This document shows positions 29,271 through 38,836 of a DNA stretch of 64,000 bases, one piece after another. The stretch is taken from positions 372,001 through 436,000 of IMG/VR virus record IMGVR_UViG_3300032782_000001. One strand, 5' to 3'. Within the stretch, counting starts at the first letter, position 1. Every line of letters starts with the position of its first letter. Position numbers and translations under genes: made by a program. The notes under the pieces were generated by a model. The model was not told where the DNA came from and ran no database searches. It was given only the letters and a program-made list of their open reading frames with translations.

Positions 29271-29693
29271 TTACACATCACGTGTTGAACGTCGGGTTTT
29301 TCCTGACGGTTCTGGTGAACTTCGATGGTCCTCTACGGGACTTAATTCAAGATATTGAGAGAATCCCATTATTGATGATTTCTGAGTGGAATAAATGCAC
29401 TTCCTCCTCAAAACTTTGTAGGGCCCATCTATGGTCCGAACACGCTTCGGATCTTTGGGATTCCGAAGAGCCATTCTGAATTCGATTTCGGTACCTTCTG
29501 GGATCAGAGGCATGTCAGCTCTGAACTCAAAATGCACCGGAACATCGAGGAACACCAGAAAAGTTCTTACGAGACCTGATCCACACGCTTCTTCTAATGC
29601 CATTGCACTTTCTGAATCCGACTCCGCCGTTTCCACTGCTTGCTCCGCTGCTGGATGCTCACTACTTGTCGAAAGAACGAAGAAAAGGATCAA
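29271..29693 (-). CDS. Hypothetical protein
   Basis: 140-aa ORF; start uncertain. Confidence 0.45.
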   Translation of the reverse strand: MILFFVLSTSSEHPAAEQAVETAESDSESAMALEEACGSGLVRTFLVFLDVPVHFEFRADMPLIPEGTEIEFRMALRNPKDPKRVRTIDGPYKVLRRKCIYSTQKSSIMGFSQYLELSPVEDHRSSPEPSGKTRRSTRDV

Positions 29694-29990
29694 AAAGATC
29701 AGGAGAAAAGATGGAGGCTACGAGCTCAAGTCCCGGCTGCCATCTAAACAGCATTGGGTCTCTTCAAGCCGAGAGTCCCAAGGCCAAATTCCAGATCTGA
29801 TCTTCAGGTAAAAACCTCCGTCCGAAGAACGAGAAGAAGCTGGGTGGATCCGAAGATCCGGCTCTGAACCCAAACCGCCTCACGTAGGGAGATTCCATGG
29901 CAGTGTATCGTCATGTAATGCTCCCTCGGTCCTTCCATCGCGAAGCCCACCCTACAGTAGCCACGCCTCTTGTGATTCCGAAAGCATGAC

Positions 29991-30785
29991 GTGACTGCAA
30001 AGAATTCGAAAGCAAAAAGAACCGTTAGCGTAGCAGAGCGCGAGGAAGCGCTCAAGAAAGCCTTGGATGAGGCTACTCAACGCATGGCCACAGGCAAGAA
30101 GGAACGGGAGTATTTTCGACCCCTCTTGGAAGAATTGGTTCGCAATAATGCAATTCCTGTGGAGCTATTGCAGTTTGTTCCGGTTCGAGCCTCGGAAGCT
30201 GGTAAAACAAGGTTTGACCAGCTTTATGACGCGGCCATGTTGTTGGCATTCCCGGGGTATAGGAAGGAAACTCTTCAAAGGCTTTTAGCTCCTGGTGAAT
30301 CTGTAAAAACTGGCACGAAGATTTGGAGAGTGACATTTCCTGAGAAATTTGGTCTATCGCATGTGCTGATTCGAGCAGAATCTTTCCAAGAAGCTTTTGC
30401 TCTCGGCTGCGATTATGCTTGTCGAGTTTCATTACGAATGAACAAACGAATACCAGTCGATTTGACAGTCCGTGTCATGATTGTGACGGAAAGGGCTCTG
30501 CGCCGGAAACTCGATATGAGATGGGCGAATCGGGTACAAAGGCGTAAGCAACTTCAGCTCGAAGCTCGTATATATACTCCAAAAGAACTTGCTGGAGCCA
30601 GAATGGCTGCCATCGGACATCCGAAAGATCCGAAGAGAAGCTTGGCTAGATATGTAGAAGCAAAAGATCTGCAGAGTATTTTGAAATCAAAAGGACTCAC
30701 CAAGGTTTCGGCTGTTGAGGCAGAAATCCCGAAGAAAGAACTCGTCATTGATACCGGTCCAGGGATTCCAAAGATTCGTGGGTAA
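29991..30785 (+). CDS. Hypothetical basic protein upstream of purZ
   Basis: 264-aa ORF co-oriented with purZ. Confidence 0.65.
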   Translation: MTAKNSKAKRTVSVAEREEALKKALDEATQRMATGKKEREYFRPLLEELVRNNAIPVELLQFVPVRASEAGKTRFDQLYDAAMLLAFPGYRKETLQRLLAPGESVKTGTKIWRVTFPEKFGLSHVLIRAESFQEAFALGCDYACRVSLRMNKRIPVDLTVRVMIVTERALRRKLDMRWANRVQRRKQLQLEARIYTPKELAGARMAAIGHPKDPKRSLARYVEAKDLQSILKSKGLTKVSAVEAEIPKKELVIDTGPGIPKIRG

Positions 30786-30829
30786 CTGGCTCTTGTAATG
30801 TTCGTCCAGTCTGGAGGCGGAAGAGAAAA

Positions 30830-32017
30830 ATGCAAGATGGGAAGCTCAATATTCTGCTGGATTGCTTCTGGGGTTCTAGCGGAAAGGGCAAAACGTCCGC
30901 CTTCTTGGCGGATAGATTCAACGTCACTCACGTCTCCAGCTCCAACTTCCCGAATGCTGGTCACACCGCTCTGTTTGAAGACGGAACGAAGTTCGTTGCA
31001 AAAGCCATCCCGACGGCTGCCATCCTCAAGAAAGTGAAAGGAATGGGGATGGAATGCTGGATTACTCCTGGTTCTGGATTCTCATGGGGCCAACTTTGTA
31101 AGGAATGGAAAGAAGCTGGATATCCCGAAATTCGAATCCATGAGCGTGCGAGCATCGTTACAGACGATCACGCTAAGCGGGAACGTGAAGGTGCGGATTC
31201 AACCATGCATATTGCATCCACAATGCAAGGTTCGGCCGCAGCCATCGTAGATAAAATCCTTCGACGAGCTGACTGCAAACTCGCTTGGAATGATCATGAA
31301 GAAATGAAGAGGCAGTTTAGTCATCTCTTCGAAAGCAAGACAGCACGATCCTCAGATTCAATTTCTGTGATCCGGGCGGACGAATTCCGCAAGTGCGTCC
31401 AGGAAACTGTGATGACAAGGGGCCACATGTGGCTCCACGAGGGATCGCAAGGTTATGCTCTCTCTATCGATCACGGATCGCACTATCCACAATGCACTTC
31501 ACGTAATTGCACTGTGCAAGCGGCGCTCGATCACCTCGCAATGCCGCCACGATCTCTGGGAGATGTTTACCTCAATTTGAGGACGTTCCCCATTCGAGTT
31601 GGAAACGTTATGGGAGATGACGGGCAACAGAAGGGGTACTCCGGTGACTTCTATCCGGACTGTGAAGAAATGACTTGGGAACAGGTCGCTTCTGAATCTG
31701 GAATGCCTGCCGAAGAAGCCAAAGCGCTTGCTGAAAGAGAACGTACGACTGTGACCAAGCGTATCCGTCGCGTTTGTACTTTTTCGTTCATCGGACTCCG
31801 AGACGCAGTCGTGACCAATGGAGCCACGAAGCTCGTTCTCAATTTCGTCCAATATCTAGATTGGAATGATCATGGATTGCGCGGCGGAAAAGAAGCCTTC
31901 GAGAAGCTCTCCAAGAAGAGCAGGAAATTCATCGATAAAATCGAAGCCACCACCAATGTTCCTGTAGTCCTCATCGGAACCGGTGCGGCACACGAAGACA
32001 TGATCAGTCTGTTATAA
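30830..32017 (+). CDS. purZ: PurZ-type adenylosuccinate synthetase homologue (N6-succino-2-amino-dAMP synthetase candidate)
   Basis: WGSSGKGK (Ser in place of the PurA catalytic Asp of GDEGKGK), FPNAGHT, IASTMQG, HEGSQGY, YPQCTSRN, RTFPIRVGN, ERTTVTKRIRRV, LNFVQY in place of TKLD. Confidence 0.8.
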   Translation: MQDGKLNILLDCFWGSSGKGKTSAFLADRFNVTHVSSSNFPNAGHTALFEDGTKFVAKAIPTAAILKKVKGMGMECWITPGSGFSWGQLCKEWKEAGYPEIRIHERASIVTDDHAKREREGADSTMHIASTMQGSAAAIVDKILRRADCKLAWNDHEEMKRQFSHLFESKTARSSDSISVIRADEFRKCVQETVMTRGHMWLHEGSQGYALSIDHGSHYPQCTSRNCTVQAALDHLAMPPRSLGDVYLNLRTFPIRVGNVMGDDGQQKGYSGDFYPDCEEMTWEQVASESGMPAEEAKALAERERTTVTKRIRRVCTFSFIGLRDAVVTNGATKLVLNFVQYLDWNDHGLRGGKEAFEKLSKKSRKFIDKIEATTNVPVVLIGTGAAHEDMISLL

Positions 32018-32023
32018 TCTTTT

Positions 32024-32269
32024 GTGGTTGAAAATACGTCAGCGCTTGCGCACGTTCTGTGCGGAACTTGCGTCGGAGAATTCGAACGCCACTGCGGTTA
32101 TTTCGAATCTTCCAAGAGAAGAAGTTCAGTCCAGTCTCTCCAAAAATTCGAGACCGGGACCAGAGCATTCTGTTGTAATTGCGGACAGGATGACTGGGTA
32201 ATGGCAGTTTGCCGTTTAAAAACCAATAACGACATTTGTGATGGAAATCACATTGAAGTGGATTTGTGA
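32024..32269 (+). CDS. Small Cys-rich protein
   Basis: CGTC...HC...FCCNCG...VC...IC. Confidence 0.5.
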   Translation: MVENTSALAHVLCGTCVGEFERHCGYFESSKRRSSVQSLQKFETGTRAFCCNCGQDDWVMAVCRLKTNNDICDGNHIEVDL

Positions 32270-32523
32270 TTATGGAAGATAAACCTCGAATTTTCGGTGC
32301 AGGAGTTTTCACCGCAGCTGTAAGTATGAGAGGGATGACTCTTTATGTTGGAACACAAGAAATCCAGTTCGTTAAATCAATGAATTTGGAAGGAGACGCT
32401 GAGTCCGGCGTCATGAAACTGGAGATTTCATTCCCTCTGAGTCATGAACCGAAAGTAATGGAAGAAATTGAGCTGAATATGCGAGCAGCTCGGAAGCTTC
32501 CTTGGGTTGTAGTTAAACAATGA
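32266..32523 (+). CDS. Hypothetical protein
   Basis: 85 aa; GTGA overlap with the previous gene. Confidence 0.55.
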   Translation: MIMEDKPRIFGAGVFTAAVSMRGMTLYVGTQEIQFVKSMNLEGDAESGVMKLEISFPLSHEPKVMEEIELNMRAARKLPWVVVKQ

Positions 32524-33099
32524 TTAATTTGCCGATCGAGGCTCTTCTTTTCGCTTACGCTTCAAGTGTATACCGATTTGATCTGGATTGGAAATCATAT
32601 ATTCATAACATGATTTGAAATATCCCTGGACAGGATGTGCTGCATCCTTGCGCATCAAGGCTTCCAAGACCAACATTCCGGATTTAGTGTCAGACCAAAT
32701 CCAGTCTTCGTCAATAGGTACGCCCGGAGATTGTTGGCTCCATACGTTCCCATAAGGAAACATGAGTAAGATGTATTCCATTTTGCTCAAATGAGGCCGG
32801 GGAAGCGGAACATAGCTTTCCTGACGTTTGATTGATAAGAATATCCCAGGAGGCAACACCAGACCGTTTGGAGTATTGGAAACCCACCTTTTGATGCTCA
32901 TCCATTTGACTTCAGGAGTCTTAATGTGCATCCGCTTCCGGCATGTCAGTGAACAATTGTAAAGCGCTGATGGAGACAGGCCACATAGCCAAGGGCGAAA
33001 ATCTGCGGGCACGCCCGTAAATGAGTGCAAGGATTTAATAGAAGGAATCTGGATAGTCGAAATCCGCCGTTGTACAATCGTTTTCACGTTCGAATCCAT
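32524..33099 (-). CDS. Hypothetical protein
   Basis: 191-aa ORF. Confidence 0.55.
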   Translation of the reverse strand: MDSNVKTIVQRRISTIQIPSIKSLHSFTGVPADFRPWLCGLSPSALYNCSLTCRKRMHIKTPEVKWMSIKRWVSNTPNGLVLPPGIFLSIKRQESYVPLPRPHLSKMEYILLMFPYGNVWSQQSPGVPIDEDWIWSDTKSGMLVLEALMRKDAAHPVQGYFKSCYEYMISNPDQIGIHLKRKRKEEPRSAN

Positions 33100-33114
33100 A
33101 GATGAGGCTCCCTA

Positions 33115-34452
33115 ATGTCCGAACAACAGACCGAGATCTTCTGCCTTACGGACCATACGGGTGCTCCATTGAGCCCCGCGAAACAAGCGACTGTACTTGC
33201 GAAATATTCACGGTCTCCGGAGTCTGCCAAAGAACTCTTGGCCAAACTTTCGGCCGAAGAAGCGGATAAATTCCAGGAAAAGTGGGTTGTGAGTTATGGC
33301 CATAAGAGTGTGGCAGAACTCGCTACCGCGCCTGTATGCCTCGAGCGAATTTCTATCGTGGCATCCAAATTCTTCGAATCTTGGCAAAGGCCTGGATACT
33401 CGGAAAAGAGTACAAGGTACCAGGCTTTCTCTCGAGATTCCTTCGTCACGCCGCCTGGTGGCCCTGAGACCATGGCAAAATTCGCCGCCAGGTTCTACGA
33501 TGCATACGATCGTCTCAATGAGAGAATGACGGCACGATGCGCCAAACTCATGAATCTGCCAGAGTCCGACAGGACTGTGAAGGCTAGAGCGTTTGATAAC
33601 CTCAGGTACCTGTTGCCTGCTGGAACTGGAACGAACGTCGCTATTGTCGCCAACATGTGCGACTTGCGAGAAATGATCGTCAGGGCTCGGGGCCACAACA
33701 ATTCTGAATTCCGTCTCATCGGGGACAAAATCCACGATGCAGTAGGAGAAGTTGCCCCCACTTTAGTAAAACATACTGAACCGGATGCTTTCGAACCAGT
33801 CGTAAAAGGACTCGGGAACATTAGCCCGAAATTCAGTTTTGAAGCTCCGGATTGGTACGTGGACCTCCACAAGCCATTCTTGCTGCCCGATCCTGCGTTG
33901 ACTCAAAAGTCATTTGAATCGACAATCGCAGATCGGCACGGAATGAGTTGGTCAGCGTTCTGCAAGCACATGGACTCTCGCCCAGAACACCGACACGTAC
34001 CCAAAGTCTTCCGATCCATTCGGATCGCTTTTGACATTATGATGGACTACGGCGCATACCGAGATCTACAAAGGCATCGGCGTTGTGAGCAATATGCAGA
34101 GCCATTGTCTATTCACTACGGGTATTTAGTGCCAGATGACATTCTCGGATCCGATCTTGAGAATGAATATCGAGAAGCTATGGAGGCTATTTGGGCATAT
34201 GACGACGATTCTGTCGTTCACGACGCAGACTTTATGCAGTATATGATTCCCCTTGGCTATCTGCATAGGTCCGTATTTGATATGGACCTGGAGCAACTCT
34301 ACTATATTTCAGAACTCCGAACCAAGCCGCAAGGCCATATTTCGTATAGGCGAGTAGCTTACGAAATGTATCGGCTCGGTAAAGAGAGGTTCCCGCAAGC
34401 CATGCAGTGGTGTCGAGCTATTTTACCGGCTTCAATCGGGAAGCATACTTGA
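33115..34452 (+). CDS. thyX: FAD-dependent thymidylate synthase-like protein (tandem ThyX domains)
   Basis: SYGHKSVAELA, YSEKSTRY, ARAFDNLRYLLP, and second-domain YRDLQRHRR and ELRTKPQGHISYR. Confidence 0.8.
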   Translation: MSEQQTEIFCLTDHTGAPLSPAKQATVLAKYSRSPESAKELLAKLSAEEADKFQEKWVVSYGHKSVAELATAPVCLERISIVASKFFESWQRPGYSEKSTRYQAFSRDSFVTPPGGPETMAKFAARFYDAYDRLNERMTARCAKLMNLPESDRTVKARAFDNLRYLLPAGTGTNVAIVANMCDLREMIVRARGHNNSEFRLIGDKIHDAVGEVAPTLVKHTEPDAFEPVVKGLGNISPKFSFEAPDWYVDLHKPFLLPDPALTQKSFESTIADRHGMSWSAFCKHMDSRPEHRHVPKVFRSIRIAFDIMMDYGAYRDLQRHRRCEQYAEPLSIHYGYLVPDDILGSDLENEYREAMEAIWAYDDDSVVHDADFMQYMIPLGYLHRSVFDMDLEQLYYISELRTKPQGHISYRRVAYEMYRLGKERFPQAMQWCRAILPASIGKHT

Positions 34453-34769
34453 GTCTTGAGGCCGTATCGTTTGGTATGAAAGAGTTCCAAGCTCAACTTG
34501 CTAATACTGGCAAGGATATGGAAGAAGTCGTACAATTGATTATCGAGCTTTACGATCGATATGATCAGGTAAGATTCCCGTTCCAATTCAAGAGTAGAGA
34601 ACCCCAAGCAGAGTTGGAACAAGTTGGCGGATACAGGACGCCACCTCGGAGGGTACCTCTACCTAGACCCACTTTTATGGAACGTGCTCGCAAAGAAATA
34701 GTCATTACTGCTAATAGAATCACAGTTTTTATTTTGAATATTATGACACTTTGGATGTTTCAGCGGTGA
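34407..34769 (+). CDS. Hypothetical protein with a C-terminal hydrophobic segment
   Basis: ORF after thyX; start uncertain. Confidence 0.45.
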   Translation: MVSSYFTGFNREAYLSLEAVSFGMKEFQAQLANTGKDMEEVVQLIIELYDRYDQVRFPFQFKSREPQAELEQVGGYRTPPRRVPLPRPTFMERARKEIVITANRITVFILNIMTLWMFQR

Positions 34770-35101
34770 GATTTGGGATAAACCATGTCTTGATGGAAAG
34801 TCGTGGTTTCCCGTTCGTGCAGAATTGGCTGATGAAAAATCTTCGTGACTTTCCGATAAAGAGACCCTGAATCGGGATCGATAACGGGGACTTCCGCGAT
34901 AGTGATGCAAGGTCCATCTTTTTCGGCCCTTTCGGCCGATTCGACGGACAGTTTGATCTTATCGACAGGAACCCGTCCGTAACCACCGATTACGGAACAC
35001 AAAACTTTTTTGCCGCTACGCAGCGTAAGCGGACTTGCCCCTCGCTCCGGGCAGTTTACGGCTACGCGACATTTAGTACATTCGAGTTGTAGGACGTTCA
35101 T
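34760..35101 (-). CDS. Hypothetical protein with CxxC...C
   Basis: 113 aa. Confidence 0.55.
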   Translation of the reverse strand: MNVLQLECTKCRVAVNCPERGASPLTLRSGKKVLCSVIGGYGRVPVDKIKLSVESAERAEKDGPCITIAEVPVIDPDSGSLYRKVTKIFHQPILHERETTTFHQDMVYPKSHR

Positions 35102-35143
35102 TTACTAGACGTTACCGCGCTGAAACGTTTTTGAACGGGTTCT

Positions 35144-36028
35144 GTGAACATGAGCATCAGGCAATTCGTACCCCCGAAGTCTCTTAGTTCAATGAGGGAA
35201 ATCGGGAGGTCCATGAGTGATAAGGGATTCTTTGAAATTGACCTCGTGGAGGCCAATATTACATGGACGAATGCGTTCACACTGCAAAAATTGGGATTGA
35301 CTTCTGAACAGGTCAGAAGCATGACAATGTTTGATATCGTCCCTGTGGATCTCCATGATCCGATTCGGGACCATCTAGAAGATCACGCTTCAGGAAAACC
35401 AAAAAAATTCGCTATTTGGCCAGTTAAAACTTCCACTGGGAAAATTTCGTGGTGGTACATCTTTGACTCCAAAGTGGAATTTCCAATAAGCTGGTCATGT
35501 GCTGAATTCGTCCAGGAAACTGACGTGGATGGACCAGCTTATACTTTCATGCGCATCACTATGATGAACGCAAATAGTTATGGAACACTCCATAATCGCG
35601 TTCAAGAGTTGGATTCTTGGATCCATGATCAAGTTTCGCGTCTAGATGAAAAAGACGCTGATCACGACAAAGCTCTCTCGGAACTAAGTGAGAGAATGAA
35701 ACATGTTGTGAATGCTGCCACTCGTGCAGCTTCGACATCTCTCGAAGCTGCGTCAGCTGTTAAGGACTTAAAAGAGTCTCTGAAAGAGCAACTAGAAAAA
35801 CATGAAGAAGAAATCCTTAAATTAATTAGCACGGACGTTCATCACGACAGAAGGATGGAAGCGTTCGAGAAACACGTTAAAACTACTACAGACGTTGCAA
35901 TCAAGTCTATTACAACTCAAGCGGATAAAGCCGGAAAAGGACTTTCTCGGAAAGTCACGATTCCCGTATCCACAATTGCAGCGATTGCCACTATTATTCA
36001 GTGGCTGATTCAGCATTTCCTGAAATAG
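35144..36028 (+). CDS. PAS-domain protein with coiled coil and C-terminal TM anchor
   Basis: FFEIDLVEANITWTNAFTLQKLGLTSEQVRSMTMFDIVP (PAS-like); heptads; terminal VSTIAAIATIIQWLI. Confidence 0.65.
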   Translation: MNMSIRQFVPPKSLSSMREIGRSMSDKGFFEIDLVEANITWTNAFTLQKLGLTSEQVRSMTMFDIVPVDLHDPIRDHLEDHASGKPKKFAIWPVKTSTGKISWWYIFDSKVEFPISWSCAEFVQETDVDGPAYTFMRITMMNANSYGTLHNRVQELDSWIHDQVSRLDEKDADHDKALSELSERMKHVVNAATRAASTSLEAASAVKDLKESLKEQLEKHEEEILKLISTDVHHDRRMEAFEKHVKTTTDVAIKSITTQADKAGKGLSRKVTIPVSTIAAIATIIQWLIQHFLK

Positions 36029-36053
36029 TTCAATATCTTGCGTATCGCAAGAT

Positions 36054-36680
36054 ATGATCTACACTATCGGTCACAGCGTCCTTCCTAAAGAAGAATTCCT
36101 CCGACTCATCCGAGGAAAAGTGGATACTGTCATCGATGTTCGGTCTCATCCGAACTCCAAATGGCCACACTTTCGGAAGGAATCGTTGGAGAAATGGCTG
36201 CCTGAAGCAGGCATTGGATATGAATGGTGGCCTGAACTCGGTGGTTGGGACGCCAGGCACCTGCCTCTGGTTGAAACGTTTCCCGATGTGGACCTTGCTG
36301 CCTATGCCAAGGGCAAATTCCCGAAGCAACGTATTGCAAAAAACGCCGAGCCGCCAGCAGAGCAGCTTGCATTACTAAAGCCGCAATGGACTAATATCGG
36401 CCTACGTGATTACGCTTCTTTCACCAGCTTGGATGAATTTCTCGAAGGCGCAGACAGATTAATGGCGCGAGGAGAATCCGGTTCCGTTGGAATCATGTGT
36501 TGTGAGGTTCTGCCCTGGAAATGTCACAGGTCAATGATTTCGGACTATCTGGCATTTCGACAAGTGGACTCTGTTCACATGCAACCGAAGCCCAAGGCAC
36601 ATTCCCAAATGCTTGGGAATAGATTGGAACGCTATTCAGTCTCCATTTTGGAGGCTTGGAAAGCTTGGAAAGGCATTTAG
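36054..36680 (+). CDS. DUF488-family protein
   Basis: IYTIGHS, VIDVRSHP, LGG, IMCCEVLPWKCHRSMISDYL. Confidence 0.85.
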   Translation: MIYTIGHSVLPKEEFLRLIRGKVDTVIDVRSHPNSKWPHFRKESLEKWLPEAGIGYEWWPELGGWDARHLPLVETFPDVDLAAYAKGKFPKQRIAKNAEPPAEQLALLKPQWTNIGLRDYASFTSLDEFLEGADRLMARGESGSVGIMCCEVLPWKCHRSMISDYLAFRQVDSVHMQPKPKAHSQMLGNRLERYSVSILEAWKAWKGI

Positions 36681-36703
36681 TGTAACGTCGGAGCGGAGGC
36701 TCC

Positions 36704-37315
36704 ATGGACGTTTATCTCGTTAGTTCTCGAAGGCTCGATTGTGCACACCAGAATGTCTACGAGACGAAAGTCGTCTGTGGGAATTTGGAATCAGCCCGTC
36801 GGGCTGCTAAGAGTCTGTGTAGCGATCTCGACGGGTTATTCAACGAAACAGTTAAGAACGTCGAGTGGGAATATGACGTTGGAGGTGATCATCCGGTCAG
36901 AGTAACCAAGACGATGCTTAACGGTCATTGTGATCTCGGTATTGAAGAACTTTGCGCAATTTCTTCTCAGATCGCTTTGGAGCATGGGTGGAAGAATGAT
37001 TTCCCCACTCAGTCACTTTTAACTGTAACTGAAATTGCAGAAGCTGTTGAGGAATTCCGTGATCATCGGGGACTGAACGAGATCTGGTACAGCCACACCG
37101 TCAAGTCCAATAACGGAAAGACGAAGACTATTTCGGAAGTCTCGGCGGATACACCAGGAGCAAAACCCGAAGGTATCCCTGTAGAACTTGGAGATGCCAT
37201 TATTCGGATTTGTGATTGGTGTGGACAAAACGCCATTGATCTCCTGACTGCAATTCGCATCAAGGTCGAGTATAATCGGACCCGACCTTTCAGGCACGGG
37301 GGTAAGGCCATTTAG
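36704..37315 (+). CDS. MazG-like NTP pyrophosphohydrolase with an N-terminal extension
   Basis: LTVTEIAEAVEEFR...GIPVELGDAIIRICD...IKVEYNRTRPFRHGGK. Confidence 0.8.
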   Translation: MDVYLVSSRRLDCAHQNVYETKVVCGNLESARRAAKSLCSDLDGLFNETVKNVEWEYDVGGDHPVRVTKTMLNGHCDLGIEELCAISSQIALEHGWKNDFPTQSLLTVTEIAEAVEEFRDHRGLNEIWYSHTVKSNNGKTKTISEVSADTPGAKPEGIPVELGDAIIRICDWCGQNAIDLLTAIRIKVEYNRTRPFRHGGKAI

Positions 37316-37500
37316 TGAGTCTAACATTTTCTTCGTTAGAGGCGGAAATTCTCCATAGCTTGATCATGGGGATCAAGCGAATGGAGCGCCACAGCCCTGC
37401 AACCATTGGTGGCAGCGGATGGTGTACTCTTGAAATCGGATTCCGTGAAACTCGGATAAGAGCCCCGCAAGGGAATGATGACTCAAGAAAAAACTACTAA
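37315..37500 (+). CDS. Small hypothetical protein
   Basis: GTG start overlapping the previous stop; 61 aa. Confidence 0.4.
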   Translation: MSLTFSSLEAEILHSLIMGIKRMERHSPATIGGSGWCTLEIGFRETRIRAPQGNDDSRKNY

Positions 37501-37508
37501 ATCAAGGT

Positions 37509-37766
37509 GTGGATTGGTGGAGGATGGAAGTCATCTGGGGAAATGACGAGAATCACACCCTTCTCGGGATTATGGATCTTAGACGGACCCGTTACGAAGC
37601 GGGAGAACTGGACTCAATAATTCAAAAAATAAGTGCTTTGATGCGTGCGGAAGAGTTGAAAGAGATGGAACGAGTAGTTTCGCGACTCGTCCGTATGAAA
37701 GTCTCTGATGATGATATCAGAAGAACACTAAACGAAGCACTCGTTCGTGATGTAATGGACACATGA
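37509..37766 (+). CDS. Hypothetical protein ending in RDVMDT
   Basis: 85 aa; carries the shared C-terminal motif. Confidence 0.6.
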   Translation: MDWWRMEVIWGNDENHTLLGIMDLRRTRYEAGELDSIIQKISALMRAEELKEMERVVSRLVRMKVSDDDIRRTLNEALVRDVMDT

Positions 37767-38554
37767 CACTCCCGTTGAAATATCCGGAGTCCATGGTGGA
37801 TGAAAAGGAAAAATTCCTGTTTGCCATCCGATTTTCTCTGGAATTTCTGATGCGGGGATATTTAGCAAAAGTAGTCGTTGGGGAACCTGGAAAGGTTATT
37901 GAAGCTGTCCAGAAGATGGAACTTAATGATATCTGCAATTTGGCTCAGTTCTGCAAAGAAGCCCAATCTAATTCCGAAATAATGAAGGTCATCCAAAAAC
38001 GCATCCTGGAATCCAAAGATGGTTTCCACATTCGTAGGCTCGCCATCGTTCCGGGTGTGAATGTGGAGTATCTTCAGTCCGTCGATTTAGATAACTGGGA
38101 TGATAAATCGGGACGTTACAATTATTCAAACGTAGATTTTATTGTCAGTGCTTGGACTTACATCAGAGGACATAATTCTAAGAAACTCACAGAGTTCGTA
38201 GTTAAGCATGGCTATCCGAACACCATGTTCAATTTGTGCAGGGATGATCCGCAGGTAAATCGAATGGATGCCGCAAGATTCGTTGTGGCTAAGAAAGATC
38301 TTTACATTCTCCTTAAAATGGTCCAGGCGAGTATGATCAGTCTTCAAGAAGCAGAAGACCTAGTTGCTGAATCAGAAGACCCTGGTATTTGGTATTCCTT
38401 TGCCAAAAATTTTGAAGGGATAAACATTCCTCGACTAGAAAAATTAATGTTCGAGAAGGGACGAGATCCCTACAAATCTTGGTTCCGAGATTATATCCCG
38501 GGAGCCAATCTCATTCGAGACTGGCAAATTGTAGCAGAAGTGATGGAATCGTGA
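37763..38554 (+). CDS. Helical-repeat-like hypothetical protein ending in AEVMES
   Basis: 263 aa; carries the shared C-terminal motif. Confidence 0.7.
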   Translation: MTLPLKYPESMVDEKEKFLFAIRFSLEFLMRGYLAKVVVGEPGKVIEAVQKMELNDICNLAQFCKEAQSNSEIMKVIQKRILESKDGFHIRRLAIVPGVNVEYLQSVDLDNWDDKSGRYNYSNVDFIVSAWTYIRGHNSKKLTEFVVKHGYPNTMFNLCRDDPQVNRMDAARFVVAKKDLYILLKMVQASMISLQEAEDLVAESEDPGIWYSFAKNFEGINIPRLEKLMFEKGRDPYKSWFRDYIPGANLIRDWQIVAEVMES

Positions 38555-38836
38555 TTATTTACAAGTCGTCTCTAACTCACCACACGACTTGATCGACACC
38601 CAACAACTCGGCTTAATGGACAAGCCGTTATTTTGAACGTATTCACAATCTTTGCGACACGAATCAGGATCGCTGGGTGTTGATCCTTTTGCCTCAGGGC
38701 AACCAAGAACTTTCAGGTGATCGCAAGCTTCACCACAAGAAGCCGTGTCAGTGGGCTGTACGGGAACAAGGGGTGCTTCCGGAGCTGGACACCCATTGCA
38801 GCCCATAACAAGCAAAAGTAGTAGGAATCGCTTCAT
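38555..38836 (-). CDS. Small Cys-rich putative lipoprotein
   Basis: Start moved to ATG 38836 (ATGA overlap); MKRFLLLLLVMGC lipobox-like; seven further Cys plus CNGC. Confidence 0.65.
   Translation of the reverse strand: MKRFLLLLLVMGCNGCPAPEAPLVPVQPTDTASCGEACDHLKVLGCPEAKGSTPSDPDSCRKDCEYVQNNGLSIKPSCWVSIKSCGELETTCK

Noticed and set aside
30830-32017. Annotating this gene as ordinary purA
   Set aside because: It lacks the catalytic Asp (GSSGKGK) and the TKLD GTP motif; the residues fit PurZ better.
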